64,000 bases of DNA from Mustelus asterias. Its lineage: Eukaryota. Below the pieces are notes generated by a model. The model worked only from the letters and a program-made list of their open reading frames with translations, ran no database searches and had not been told where the DNA came from. Both the position numbers and the translations under genes were made by a program. The number at the start of each line of letters is the position of its first letter. The stretch's first letter is position 1. Shown piece by piece: positions 10,955 to 22,555 of this stretch. Location: contig NW_027590213.1 in assembly GCF_964213995.1 (NCBI RefSeq), positions 558,001 through 622,000 on the forward strand. The letters run 5' to 3'.

Positions 10955-11332
10955 TTTTATTCATTCATGGGATGTGGATGTCACTGGCTTGGCCAGCATT
11001 TATTACCCACCCTAATTACCCTTGAACTGAGCAGTTTGCTAGGCCATTGCAGAGGGCATTTAAGAGTCAACCACATTGCTGTGGATCTGGAGTCAAAGAT
11101 GTGCCAGGCCAGGTAAGGACGGCAGATTTCCTTCCCTAAACACATTCGTGAACGAGATGGTTTTTTTTTTACAACAATCGACAACAGTTTCATGGTCATT
11201 AGACTTTTTACTGCAGATTTTTATTGGATTCAGATTTCACCACCTGCCGTGGTGAGATTCGAACCCTGGTCGCCAAAGTATTACCTGGGACTCTTGATTA
11301 GTAGTCCAGCGACACACAATGCCATTGCTTCC
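10955..11332 (-). mobile_element. SINE, same family as 3118-3472
   Basis: Shared tail ttattcattcatgggatgtgg...cagcatttatt and body. Confidence 0.7.
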
Positions 11333-11964
11333 CTTTATATGAAATTTATATGTATTTCTGAGCCTGTAACTTAGGAATGGTGTATTGGTCTGTAATTTTA
11401 ACAATCTAATTCAATATTCCTTCTTTAATATCCTGTCTATCACTTTCCTTTTGCCTGATGAATTTGTTAATTGTTATTATTACTGGATTGTCACAGTTTC
11501 CATGTGCTTAACATGATTACGTAGTCTGTACCTGAATTTTATGATTTTTTTGATGTAAGTTACACAGCAATTCAGCCTTCTGGCTGTGATCCTGTTTCTT
11601 GAATGAAATATCATTCGATTTAAAAAGTTACCCAGTCTGGAGAACAGCGATAATACAGCGGATTCAGAACTCTCTCCTCCTCAGCTCTGATCGAACAAGC
11701 TGCAGCTACACTGGAGATATTTATGTTTAAATTGTTCACGACAGTTGTGATCTGACCCTGTTCAAACCGTAACCAGAATGATATCTGTGCATTGTTCTGA
11801 GTGTGAGCACAAGGTTGTGTCACTGTCACAAACACATACCATTTCCTTGGTTCATATCTGCACACAAAGACCAGCTCTTTACACATCCCCCTTTCTACAC
11901 AATCACAGCAACATGAACAAGGATATGAGTCTCATTACTTTTCACCCACATTTCATAATAGCAA

Positions 11965-12578
11965 AGGCTCCACTGTACAGGAGCACACTGACCGTATAAG
12001 AGTCTAATCAGCCTCATGTTCCTGTTAAATACAGAGCTGTACAGGAGCACACTGACAGTGTAACACAGTCTCATGAGCCTGCAGGCTCCTGTTAAACATG
12101 ATGTGGAGATGCCGACGTTGGACTGGGGTAAACACAGTAAGAAGTCTCACAACACCAGGTTAAAGTCCAACAGCTTTATTTGGTAGAACAAGCCACTAGC
12201 TTTCGGAGCGCTGCCCCTTCATCAGATGAGTGTTCACCTGACGAAGGAGCAGCGCTCCGAAAGCTAGTGGCTTGTGCTACCAAATAAACTTATTGGACTT
12301 TAACTTGTTGTTGTGAGACTTCTTACTGTCGCTCCTGTTAAACACAGAGCAGTACAGGAACAGATATTCAAGAGGTGGGCTGGATATAGCACTTGGGGCG
12401 AATGGGATCAAAGGTTACGTGGAAAAAGCAGGATTAGGCTATTGAGTTGGACGATTGTAAAGAATGGCGGAGCAGGCTCGAAGGGGCAAGTGGGCTCCTC
12501 CTGCTCCTATCTTCTATGTTTCTATTAACACACTGACTGTATAACACTGTCTCATCAGCCTGCAGGCTCCTGTTAAAT
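11965..12578. repeat. ~65-bp degenerate tandem repeat interrupted by a Penelope mini-element and a CR1 tail
   Basis: Recurring ctcctgttaaa-acagagctgtacaggagcacactgac..taacac..tctcatcagcctgca units. Confidence 0.65.
12099..12330. mobile_element. Palindromic Penelope-derived mini-element with two inverted hammerhead motifs
   Basis: ~95-bp inverted arms; hammerheads at 12194-12228(-) and 12235-12269(+); 14-bp TSD gctcctgttaaaca at 12085-12098 and 12331-12344. Confidence 0.85.
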
Positions 12579-13029
12579 TTGCTGCAACAATTTCAGGTTT
12601 GCAGGCATCATGTTCCATTCACACATCAAAGGAGAGAGAGATGTTTTGGGATAGGGGTGAAGTCCAAGAGTCAAAAACAACAAGCAAACTTGCTTTTGGC
12701 TTTATTGATCACAGGACTGTGACCGATAACTTCCCTGGATCCCAGCGCCAGGAGAGACACTCTGGAAAATATGGGGAGCTGGGAATTGTTCATGAGACTA
12801 ACTGAAGGTGAGAGTGTGAAACAATCTAGAGTTAGAAATTAGAAAAGGCCCCAAAATGAAGCACTCGGTAACAGGACATCAATTAATCTCCTCTTACATT
12901 GGAGAAATATGGAACACAGCACAGTGTATTTCTATAAAAACTGATTTAGTGCCGTTCATCTAGAATATTAATCACCCCTATAATGGGGCTGGAGTTTAAC
13001 AAGCAGAAACACACAAGAGGACACAAACT

Positions 13030-13725
13030 CACTCCTGTACATAAACTCACTGATGTCTCAATAGGTGTTGTGACTGAATAAATCCCTTCCCACAGACAGA
13101 GCAGGTGAGAATCCTCTCTTCAACATGAATGCATTGGTGTGTCTGCAACTCACTTGCTCTTCTCTCATTCGTAATGTTTAAAAAGTAATTTTTCAGTGTG
13201 AACATGTTGATGCAAACTGAGAGTGTCTAACCGAGTGAATTCCTTCCCACACTTGGAGCAAGGAAACAGCCTCTCCCCAGTGTGAACTCGCTGGTGCCTC
13301 AGCATTGTGGATGACTGAATGAATCCTTTCCCACACACTGAGTAGGTAAACGGCCTTTTTCCCGTGTGAGTCTGCTGGTGTCTCATCCGGGTGGCTGACT
13401 GAGTGAATCCCTTCCCACACACAGAACAGATGAATGGCCTCTCTCCAGTGTGAGTGTGTTGGTGCTGTTTCAAGTGCTTTTTGCTCTTAAAGCTCTTCTC
13501 ACAGTTGGAACATTTTAAATGTCTCTTATTGGAATGAGAGCGTTGGTGTGACTGCAGGTGTTGTGACTGAAGAAAACCTTTTCCACACACACAGCAGATG
13601 AACGGTCTCTCTTCTGTGTGACTGCGACGATGAGTTTCAAGATGGGAAGGATAATTGAATCCCTTCCCACAATCCTCACATTTCCACGGTTTCTCCACAG
13701 TGCCAGTGTCCTTGTGTCTCTCCAC
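13030..13725 (-). pseudogene. C2H2 ZNF array, about 5 intact fingers, ATG lost, decayed 3' fingers
   Basis: ORF 13165-13725 starts at GTG; the Met of MEKPW is Val; one finger has C>Y; degenerate finger sequence continues past the stop. Confidence 0.7.
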
Positions 13726-14089
13726 GTTGGATGATCAGTTGAAGCCTCAGAACACATGTACAGTTTCTCCCAGATGTGAATGGTGTGATTTTATTCAGGC
13801 TGTGTAACTGGTTTAAACGCTTTCCACGGTCAGTTCACTGGAACACTCTCACTCGGGTGTGTGTGTCTCAGTGCTTTTCCAGTCACACTGATGTTTGAAA
13901 TCTTCTCCGACAGGTAGAACAGACAAACATTTCTCCTTCCACGTTCAAAGTCTCAGGATATTAAGGTCCAAATAAGTCGATACTCAATCTGATTTTTATG
14001 TGATGTTTCCTCACCTCACCTGTAAAAGGAGTTAACAAAAATTGTCACGGTCAATCGAGATAGAAATTCTGAACAGACAATTCTAGTTT

Positions 14090-15115
14090 CTCTAAAACAT
14101 TTTTTCCTCTCTTGTTCCCTCAGATCTGTAAATCCCCGTCCCCACACACTCCCTCCTCCCTGGGCTGAAATCCAAACCCATCTCACCATTTCTTTCCTCC
14201 ACTCCCAGTTTTCTCCCTCCCTCTCCTCTGTCTGGATTCAGTTCTCCAGCTCCTGTCTGCAGATTGACAATAAAACCAATGGGTCTGATTGGGGGTGTTG
14301 GGGCCTCCAGCGGGTGTTTGTGAATCCTCCCCGCCCACCTCCCAGGGTTTCCTTCCTTCCCAGAGATCAGAGTCCTCATTGATTTGAGGCCAAAGTGTAA
14401 CCTCGTATTTATTGTCCCCCTCCCCCAACCTCTGATGTGAACCATCCTCCAGTGGCTGAGCCAGGATGGGGCCGCTAACCTGGGCCTGTTCCCGGGAGGG
14501 AGGGAGAAGCCCCGCAGCTGCAAACCAGGGAGCTGACAATGATTCTGAAGGGTTTGCGGATCCACAAAGTGTTTCCAAATCCTCCCAGCCACCGCCTAAC
14601 GCTGACTCCGCTTCTCCGGGACAAACAAGCGCCAATGCCAGCAATGACACTGCGCATGCTCCACATCACAAAGCCCGGGGACTGATTGACGGCAGCTCCG
14701 GACCAATAGGAAGAAGGGGCGGGGCTGGAGGCCCAGCGCTCGCGGCTGGCCCTCCAACCAATCGGAGTGAATGGGGGCGGGGCTGCGAGTCCCCGATCCA
14801 CAATGGGCGATGCGCGCATGCGCACTAAGCAACGTCGTTCGCCGCGTGGGTGAAAGCAACTGGTGGGAAGTTCCTCTGTCTCATCAGCAGCCGGTAAGGA
14901 TGCAGAAACATGGAGGGAGCAATGGAACCGGGGGATGGACGTAGAGGGTTTCTAAATACCTGTTGAAGGCCTCAAACATCGAATATGAGCCCGTAGGTCC
15001 CGTGTTTGCAGCTTCAGGTCTTTTTCCCGAGACGAAGTTCAGGTTAACGGCCGCCATCTTGATTGAGCAGGGAGCAGAGCGCATGCGCTGGTGTATTGGT
15101 GACGCAACCGTGAGT
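14090..15115 (-). promoter_or_regulatory. 5' leader and CpG-island promoter of ZNF 13030-13725; paralogous to ~58490-59590 and ~39760-39985
   Basis: CCAAT, GC boxes, GCGCATGCGC (NRF1) at ~14814 and ~15078, GCCGCCATCTT (YY1) at ~15050. Confidence 0.7.
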
Positions 15116-15212
15116 GGGCGGGTCTTTGTGTTTCTGCTCCCACCGGGTCGTAGTGCCCCACCGGGTTAAAATGCATACCAACAATGAGCATCAGATTTTC
15201 AAACAGCTTCTC

Positions 15213-15550
15213 GGGGCGGCATGGTAGCACAGTGGTTAGTACTGCTGCTTCACTGCTCCAGGGACCTGGGTTTGAATCCCAGCTCGGGTCGCTGTCTGTG
15301 TGGAGTTTGCACATTCTCTTCGTGTCTGTGTGGGTTTTCGCCGGGTGCTCCGGTTTCCTCCCACAGTCCAAAGATGTGCGGGCTAGGTTGATTGGCCATT
15401 CTAAATTGCCCCTTAGTGTCCCGGGATGCATAGGTTAGAGGGGTTAGTGGGTAACTTAGTAGGGATATGTGGATAGGGCCTGGGTGGGATTGTGGTCGGT
15501 GCAGACTCGATGGGCCAAATTGCCTCTTTCTGCAATGTAGGATTCTATGA
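15213..15550 (+). mobile_element. tRNA-derived SINE (HE1-like)
   Basis: Same family as 1938-2260. Confidence 0.85.
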
Positions 15551-15624
15551 TTCACCCACTCCCAGGCTGCACCTGACGTTTGCTGCCGAGAGAAGTTTAT
15601 GGGCCATAGAATCATATCGCGACA

Positions 15625-15856
15625 TATTTACCCACTAACCCCTCTAACCTATGCATCCCGGGACACTAAGGGGCAATTTAGAATGGCCAATCCACCTAGC
15701 CCACACATCTTTGGATGGAGCACCCGGAGGAAACCCACACAGACACGGGGAGAATGTGCAAACTACACACAGACGGTGACCCAAGCCGGGAATCGAACCC
15801 AGGTCCCTGGAGCTGTGAAGCAGCATTGCTAACCACTGTGCTACTGTGCCGCCCCA
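15625..15856 (-). mobile_element. tRNA-derived SINE (HE1-like), inverted relative to 15213-15550
   Basis: Head and central domain on the minus strand. Confidence 0.8.
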
Positions 15857-15857
15857 T

Positions 15858-18513
15858 GTACATAGAACATAGAAAAAATGCAGCATAAACAGGCCCTTCG
15901 GCCCACAAGTTGCACCGATCATGTCCCTACCTACCTAGGCTTATATATAGGCTTACCTATAACTCTCAATCCTATTAAGTCCCATGTACTCATCCAGAAG
16001 TCTCTTAAAAGAGAGGGAGGAGTTTGCCTCCACCACCACTGACGGCAGCCGATTCCACTCACCCACCACCCTCTGAGTGAAAGACTTACCCCTGACACCT
16101 CCTCTGTACCTACTCCCCAGCACCTTAAACCTGTGTCCTCTCGTAGCAGCCATTTCAGCCCTGGGATAAAGCCTCCGAGAATCCACCCGATCTATACCTC
16201 TCAACATCTTGTACACCTCTATCCGGTCACCTCTCATCCTTCATCTCTTCAAGGAGAAAAGATCGAGCTCCCTCAACCTATCCCCATAAGGCATGCCAAC
16301 CAATCCAGGCAACATCCTTGTAAATCTTCTCTGCACCCTTTCAATAATTTCCACATCCCTCCTGTAATGACACGACCAGAACTGAGCACAGTACTCCAAG
16401 TGGGGTCTGACGAGGGTCTTATAAAGCTGCATCATTATCTCCCGACTCCTAAACTCAATCCCTCGATTGATGAAGGCCAGCATACCATACACCTTCTTAA
16501 CCACCTTCCCTACCTGCGAGGCCGATTTAAGAGTCCTATGGACCCGGACCCCAAGGTCCTTCTGATCCCCTACACTGCTAAGAGTCTTACCCTTGATATT
16601 AAATTCCTTCATCCCATTTGACCTGTCAAAATGGACCACTACACATTTATCCGGGTTGAAGTCCATCTGCCACTTCTCTGCCCAGTCTTGCATCCTATCT
16701 ATGTCACGCTGCAGCTTCGAACGTCCCTCCAAACTATCCACAACACCACCAACCTTTGTGTCGTCGGCAAACTTATCAACCCATCCCTCCACTTCCTCAT
16801 CCAGGTCGTTTATGAAAATGACAAACAGCAAGGGTCCCAGAACGGATCCCTGGGGCACTCCACTGGTGACCGATCTCCATTCAGAAAAAGACCCATCTAC
16901 AACCACTCTCTGCCTTCTGCAGGCAAGCCAGTTCTGGATCCACAAGGCAACAGCCCCTTGGATCCCGTGCCCTCTCACTTTCTCGAGAAGTCTTGCATGG
17001 GGCACCTTATCGAACGCCTTGCTGAAGTCCATGTAAACCACATCTTCCGCTTTTCCTTCATCAATGTGTTTAGTCACATTTTCAAAGAACTCCACCAGGC
17101 TCGTAAGGCACGATTTGCCTTTGACAGTGCTGACTACTTTTGAGCATACTAAACTTCTCTAAATGTTCATAAATCCAGTCCCTCAGGATCTTCTCCATCA
17201 ACTTACCAACCACTGAGGTTAGACTCTCCGGTCGGTAATTTCCTGGGCTATCCCTATTCCCTTTCTTGAATATAGGAACCACATCCGCAATCCTCCGGAA
17301 CCTCTCCCGTCTCCATTGATGACGCAAAGATCATCGCCAGAGGCTCTGCAATCTCTTCCCTTGCCTCCCACAGTAACCTGGGGTACATCCCATCCGGACC
17401 CGGCGACTTATCTATCTTGATGCTATTCAAAATTTCCAACACATCCTCTTTCTTAATGTCCACATACTCAACCTTTTCAGTCCGCCTCAATCCTGTAGTA
17501 CAACCACCCAGTTCTTTTTCCACCGTGAATACGGAGGTAAAATATTCATTAAGCACCTCTGCTATTTCTTCCGGTTCTGTACAGACTTTCTCACCTTCAC
17601 ATTTTATAGGTCCTATTCCTTCACATCTCATCCTTTTACTCTTCACATATTTATAGAACGCCTTAGGGTTCTCCTTAATCTTACCTGCCAAGGCCTTCTC
17701 GTGCCCCCTTCTGGCTCTCCTAATTTCTTTCTTAAGTCCCTTCCTACAAGTCGTATACTCATCTAGATCCCTATCATCGCCTAGCTCTCTGAACCTTTTG
17801 TATGCTTTCCTTTTCTTTTTGACTAGATTCAGCGCAGCTTTCATGCACCACGGTTCCCGTAACCTACCAAAACCTCCCTGTCTCATCGGAACGTTGTCAT
17901 GCAGAACTCCAGACAAACATTCCCTGAAAATCAGCCACCTTACTTCGGTACTTTTCCTCGAGAATACCTCCTTCCAATTTACGCCTCTAATCTCCTGCCT
18001 GATAGCTTCATATTTCCCCTTACTCCAGATAAACACTTTCCTAGCTTGCCTGATCCTATCTCTTACCATTGCTAGCATAAAGGAGATAGAGTTATGATCA
18101 CTATCCCCAAGATGCTCCCCCACTGAGAGATCCGACACCTGTCCAGGCTCATTAGCCAGTACCAGATCGAGTACAGCCTCTCCTCTTGTAGGATTATCCA
18201 CATGCTGTGTCAGGAAACCCTCCTGAACACACCTAACAAACTCCTCCCCATCCAAACCCCTTACCTGAGGGATATTCCAATCGATGTTTGGGAAATTAAA
18301 GTCTCCCATCACGACAACCCTGTTATTATTACATCTCTCCAGGATCTGTTTCCCTATCTGCTCCTCAACATCCCTGTTACTATTGGGCGGCCTGTAGAAA
18401 ACACCCAGCAAAGTTATCGACCCCTTCCCGCTCCGAACTTCCACCCACAGAGACTCCGTAGACAATCCATCCATGGCTTCCACCTTCTCTACAGCTGTGA
18501 CACTATCCCTGAT
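15858..18513 (-). mobile_element. CR1 LINE, 5'-truncated ORF2 (endonuclease C-terminal part plus RT) with frameshifts
   Basis: ORFs 17254-18699, 17082-17327, 16241-17095 and 15953-16237: GDFNFP, SDH, KSPGPDG, DFSKAFD, QGSVLGP, FADD; tail ttctatgttctatg. Confidence 0.95.
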
Positions 18514-18519
18514 CATATT

Positions 18520-18985
18520 CAGTATGAGAGGCTGCATCCCTGAATACTTACATGAAGCGGTGACACGGCTTTTGTACTCGTTGGAGTTTAGAAGGTTGAG
18601 GAGGAACTTATTGAAACTTACAGGATACTGCGAGGCCTGGACAGAGTGGACGTGGAGAGGATGTTTCCACGAGTAGGAAAAACTAGAACCAGAGGACACA
18701 ACCTCAGACTAAAGGGACGATCCTTTAAAACAGATGAGGAGGAATTTCTTCAGCCAGAGAGTGGTGAATCTGTGGAACTCTTTGTAGCAGAAGGCTGTGG
18801 AGGCCAGATCATTGAGTGTCTTTAAGACGGAGATAGATATGTTCTTGATAAATAAGCGGATTGGGGTTGTGGGGAAAAGGTAGGAGAATGAGGATGAGAA
18901 AAATATCAGCCATGATTGAATGGTGGAGCAGACTCAATGGGCTGAGTGGCCTAATTTTGCTCTGATGTCTTATAGTCTTTTCGTT
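18520..18985 (+). mobile_element. CR1 LINE 3' end
   Basis: LYSLEFRRLR..., ttcttcagccagagagtggtgaatctgtggaac and a CR1 3' UTR. Confidence 0.8.
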
Positions 18986-19094
18986 ACACTTCAGCCCCAG
19001 GCTCCTCATGTTTACATAGAAACATACATAGAAAATAGAACTAGAAGTAGGCCATTCAGCCCTTTGAGCATTCCCTGTCATTCATTATGGTCAT

Positions 19095-21535
19095 GGCTTG
19101 TTGTGGTGGGAGATTTTAATTTCCCCTATATTGACTGGGACTCACTTAGTGCTAGGGGCGTGGATGGGGCAGAGTTTGTAAGGAGCATCCAGGAGGGCTT
19201 CCTGAAACAGTATGTGGGAAGGGGCCATACTGGACCTGGTATTGGGGAATGAGCCCGGCCAGGTGGTCGATGTTTCAGTAGGGGAGCAGTTCAGGAACAG
19301 TGACCACAATTCAGTAAGCTTTAAGGTACTGATGGATAAAGATAAGTGTAGTCCTCAAGGTGCTAAATTGGGGGAAGGCAAATTACAACAATATCAGGCA
19401 GAAACTGAAGAATGTAGATTGGGGGCAGATGTTTGAGGGCAAATCAACATCTGGCATGTGGGAGGCTTTCAAGTGTAAGTTGATAGGGATTCAGGACCGG
19501 CACATTCCTGTAAGGATGAAGGATAAGTATGGCAAGGTTTGGGAACCTTGGATAACAAGAGATATTGTGAGCCTTGTCAAAGAGAAAAAAGAAGCATTTG
19601 TCAAGGCTAGGAGGCTGGGAACACACAAAGCAAGTGTGGAATACAAGGGAAGTAGAAAGAAACTTAAGCAAGGAGTCAGGAGGGTTAAAAGGGGTCACGA
19701 AAAATCATAGGCCAGCAGGATTAAGGAAAATCCCAAGGCTTTTTATACATATATAAAGAGCAAGAGGGTAGCCAGGGAGAGGGTTGGCCCACTCAAGGAG
19801 AGGGGAGGGAATCTATGCATAGAGCCAAAGGAAATGGGTGAGTACTTTACATCAGTATTCACCAAAGAGAAGGACTTGGTGGATGATGAGTCTGGGAAAG
19901 GATGTGTAGATAGTGTGAGTTATGTTGAGATCAAAAAGGAGGAGGTAATGGGGTTCTTGAGAAACATTAAGGTAGACAAGTCCCCAGGGCCTGATGGGAT
20001 ATACCCCAGAATACTGAGAGAGGCGAGGAAGGAAATTGCTGGGGCCTTGAGAGAAATCTTTGTATCCTCACTGGCTACAGGGGAGGTCCCAGAGGATTGG
20101 AGAATAGCCAATGTTGTTCCTTTGTTTAAGAAGGGTAGCAAGAATAATCCGGGTAATTACAGGCCAGTGAGCCATACATCAGTGGTAGGGAAATTATTGG
20201 AGAGGATTTTTCGAGACTGGATTTACTCCCACTTGGAAATAAGTGGACCTATAAGTGAGAGGCAACATGGTTTTGTGAAGGGGAGGTCGTGTCTCACTAA
20301 CTTGATCGAGTTTTTCGAGGAAGTGACAAAGATGATTGATGAGGATAGGGCAGTGGATGTTGTCTGCATGGACTTCAGTAAGGCCTTTGACAAGATCCCT
20401 CATGGCAGACTGGTGCAGAAGGTGAAGTCGCATGGGATCAGAGGTGAGCTGGCAAGGTGGCTACAGAACTGGCTCGGTCATAGAAGACAGAGGGTAGCAG
20501 TGGAAGGGTGCATTTCTGAATGGAGGGCTGTGACAAGTGGTGTTCCTCAGGGATCAGTGCTGGGACCTTTGCTGTTTGTAATATATATAAATGATTTGGA
20601 GGAAAACGTAACTGGTTTGATTCGTAAGTTTGCGGATGACACAAAGGTTTGTGGATTTGCTGATAGCGATGAGGACCATCAGAGGATACAGCAGGATATA
20701 GATTGGTTGGAGACTTGGGCGGAGAAATACCAGGTGGAGTTTAATCCGGACAAATGTGAGGTCATGCATTTTGGAAGGTCTAATACAGATAGGAAATATA
20801 TAGTAAATGGCAGAACCCTTAATGGAGGGATCTGGGTGTACAGGTACACAGGTCATTGAAAGTGGCAATGCAGGTGGAGAAGGTAGTCAAGAAGGCATAC
20901 TGCATGCTTGCCTTCATCAGCCAGGGCATTGAGTTTAAAAATTGGTAAGTCATGTTGCAGTTTTATAGAACCTTAGTTGGACCGCACTTGGCATATAGTG
21001 TTCAATTCTGGTCGCCACACTCCCAGAAGGATGTGGAGGCTTTGAAGAGGGTACAGAAAAGATTTACCAGAATGTTGCTTGGCATGGAGGGCATTAGCTA
21101 TGAAGAGAGGTTGGAGAATTTTGGTTTGTCCTCACTGGAACGACAGAGGTTGAGGGGCGACCTGATAGAAGTCTACAAGATTATGAGGGGCATGGACAGA
21201 GTGGATAGTCAGAAGCTTTTTCCCAGGGTGGAAGAGTCAATTACTAGGGGGCACAGGTTTAAGGTGCAAGAGGCAATGTTTAAAGGAGATGCACTTGGCA
21301 CGTTTTTGACACAGAGGGTGGTGGGTGCCTGAAACTCGCTGTCGGGGGAGGTCGTGGAAGCAGATACGATAGTGACTTTTAAGGGGCGTCTGGACAAATA
21401 CATGAAAAGGATGGGAATAGAGGGATACGGTCCCCGGAAAGGTAGGAGGTTTTAGTTAAGTCGGGCAGCATGGTCGGTGCAGGCTTGGAGGGCCGAAGGG
21501 TCTGTTCCTGTGCTGTAATTTTCTTTGTTCTTTGT
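19095..21535 (+). mobile_element. CR1 LINE ORF2 (endonuclease C-terminal part plus RT), disrupted
   Basis: ORFs 19212-21332 with GDFNFP, SDH, KSPGPDG, QGSVLGP, FADD; tail ttctttgttctttg. Confidence 0.95.
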
Positions 21536-22155
21536 ATCGGGGTGCACTGGGTCACTGTCAGGTCGGGGTCTTCTTTCGGAGGATCTCGAGACCTGCAAGT
21601 AAATTTAAAAGAGCAGTGTTAGTGATTGTTCGGCTGTGAGAGTTTATTTTTAGGAGTGAGGCGACTGTGGAAGGTTGTGCTTGGAGCCTGCAGGAGGTTG
21701 CAGCTCTCCGACTCAGAGGAGTTGGGAGGAGAGAGGCTTCCAGCCACAGGGATGTCGGTCTGGTCGTTGGGGACCAACAGAGTGAAGTCGCGGCTCCCGC
21801 GGCATTTTCCTGGGCTCTAGGAGTCCTCCGAATGTCGGCCCAGGCGTCTGGGGCATTTTCCTGGTCTCTGGAAGCCGCTGTGGAGGAATCCCCGGATCTG
21901 GGGCTGCAGCGCCGGCTGCTGCTGCTGCTCACATGGGCAGCTGCTCCGGGGCAATTCCACGTCAGTCAAATCGGGTGTCTCCAGGGTCCGAAGAATCACC
22001 AAATCTGTAAGAATTTGAATGAAAGCATTGTTAGAGACTTTAAAAGAGTTAGAATGAAGTTTCAGAAGCATAGAACAAGAGTAAAAGAATTAGAAGTTAT
22101 GCTGGGCACAGCTTGCAAGAAGTCGCCTCACTCTGGCGCCATCTTGGAACCGAGG
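21536..22155 (-). mobile_element. Probable 5' end of a Rex1/L2-type LINE (GC-rich 5' UTR)
   Basis: Minus strand starts ggttccaagatggcgccag (YY1-like); family assignment is inference. Confidence 0.4.
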
Positions 22156-22166
22156 GTACAATTTAG

Positions 22167-22496
22167 TGTGGTGAACCATCGTTGGTTCCCACTAGATAGT
22201 ACTGAGCTAGGGTCTGGCCAGTACTACAAGTATGTATATATGTTGCTGTTGGGGTTAGGGTTGGGTTGTTCTACTTGTTGCTGTTGGGGTTAGGGTTGGG
22301 CTGTTACACTTGTATTATAGTTATTATGGTACATCCCAGTCGGGCTCCGCCTCCTGGGAGAGGTAAAAAGATCACTGCTCTGTCTGGGACCCCTCAGTCT
22401 GGGATCGTGTACTATACATAGTAGCTTCATTGTAACAGTAAATAAAAGCCTTTATTTCCTGAGCATCTCAAGCCTCGTGTGTGATAACGCGCATCA
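22167..22496 (+). mobile_element. 5' LTR of a Gypsy retrotransposon
   Basis: TG...CA termini (tgtggtg...cgcatca), AATAAA at 22441, directly upstream of gag. Confidence 0.8.
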
Positions 22497-22555
22497 ATTT
22501 TATTTACTGTTAAGTAAACTCTCGTCGTAAAAAAAAAGAAAACGATACAGAGAGT

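Noticed and set aside
14092-14859. Several 100-170 aa ORFs in GC-rich leader and promoter regions (also 7690-8067, 58923-59581, 61300-61682)
   Set aside because: No domain motifs, and frames are not preserved between paralogous copies; GC-rich DNA is stop-poor
22248-22300. Telomere-like TTAGGG / G-quadruplex in the LTR
   Set aside because: Only two isolated TTAGGG, within a short internal duplication of U3
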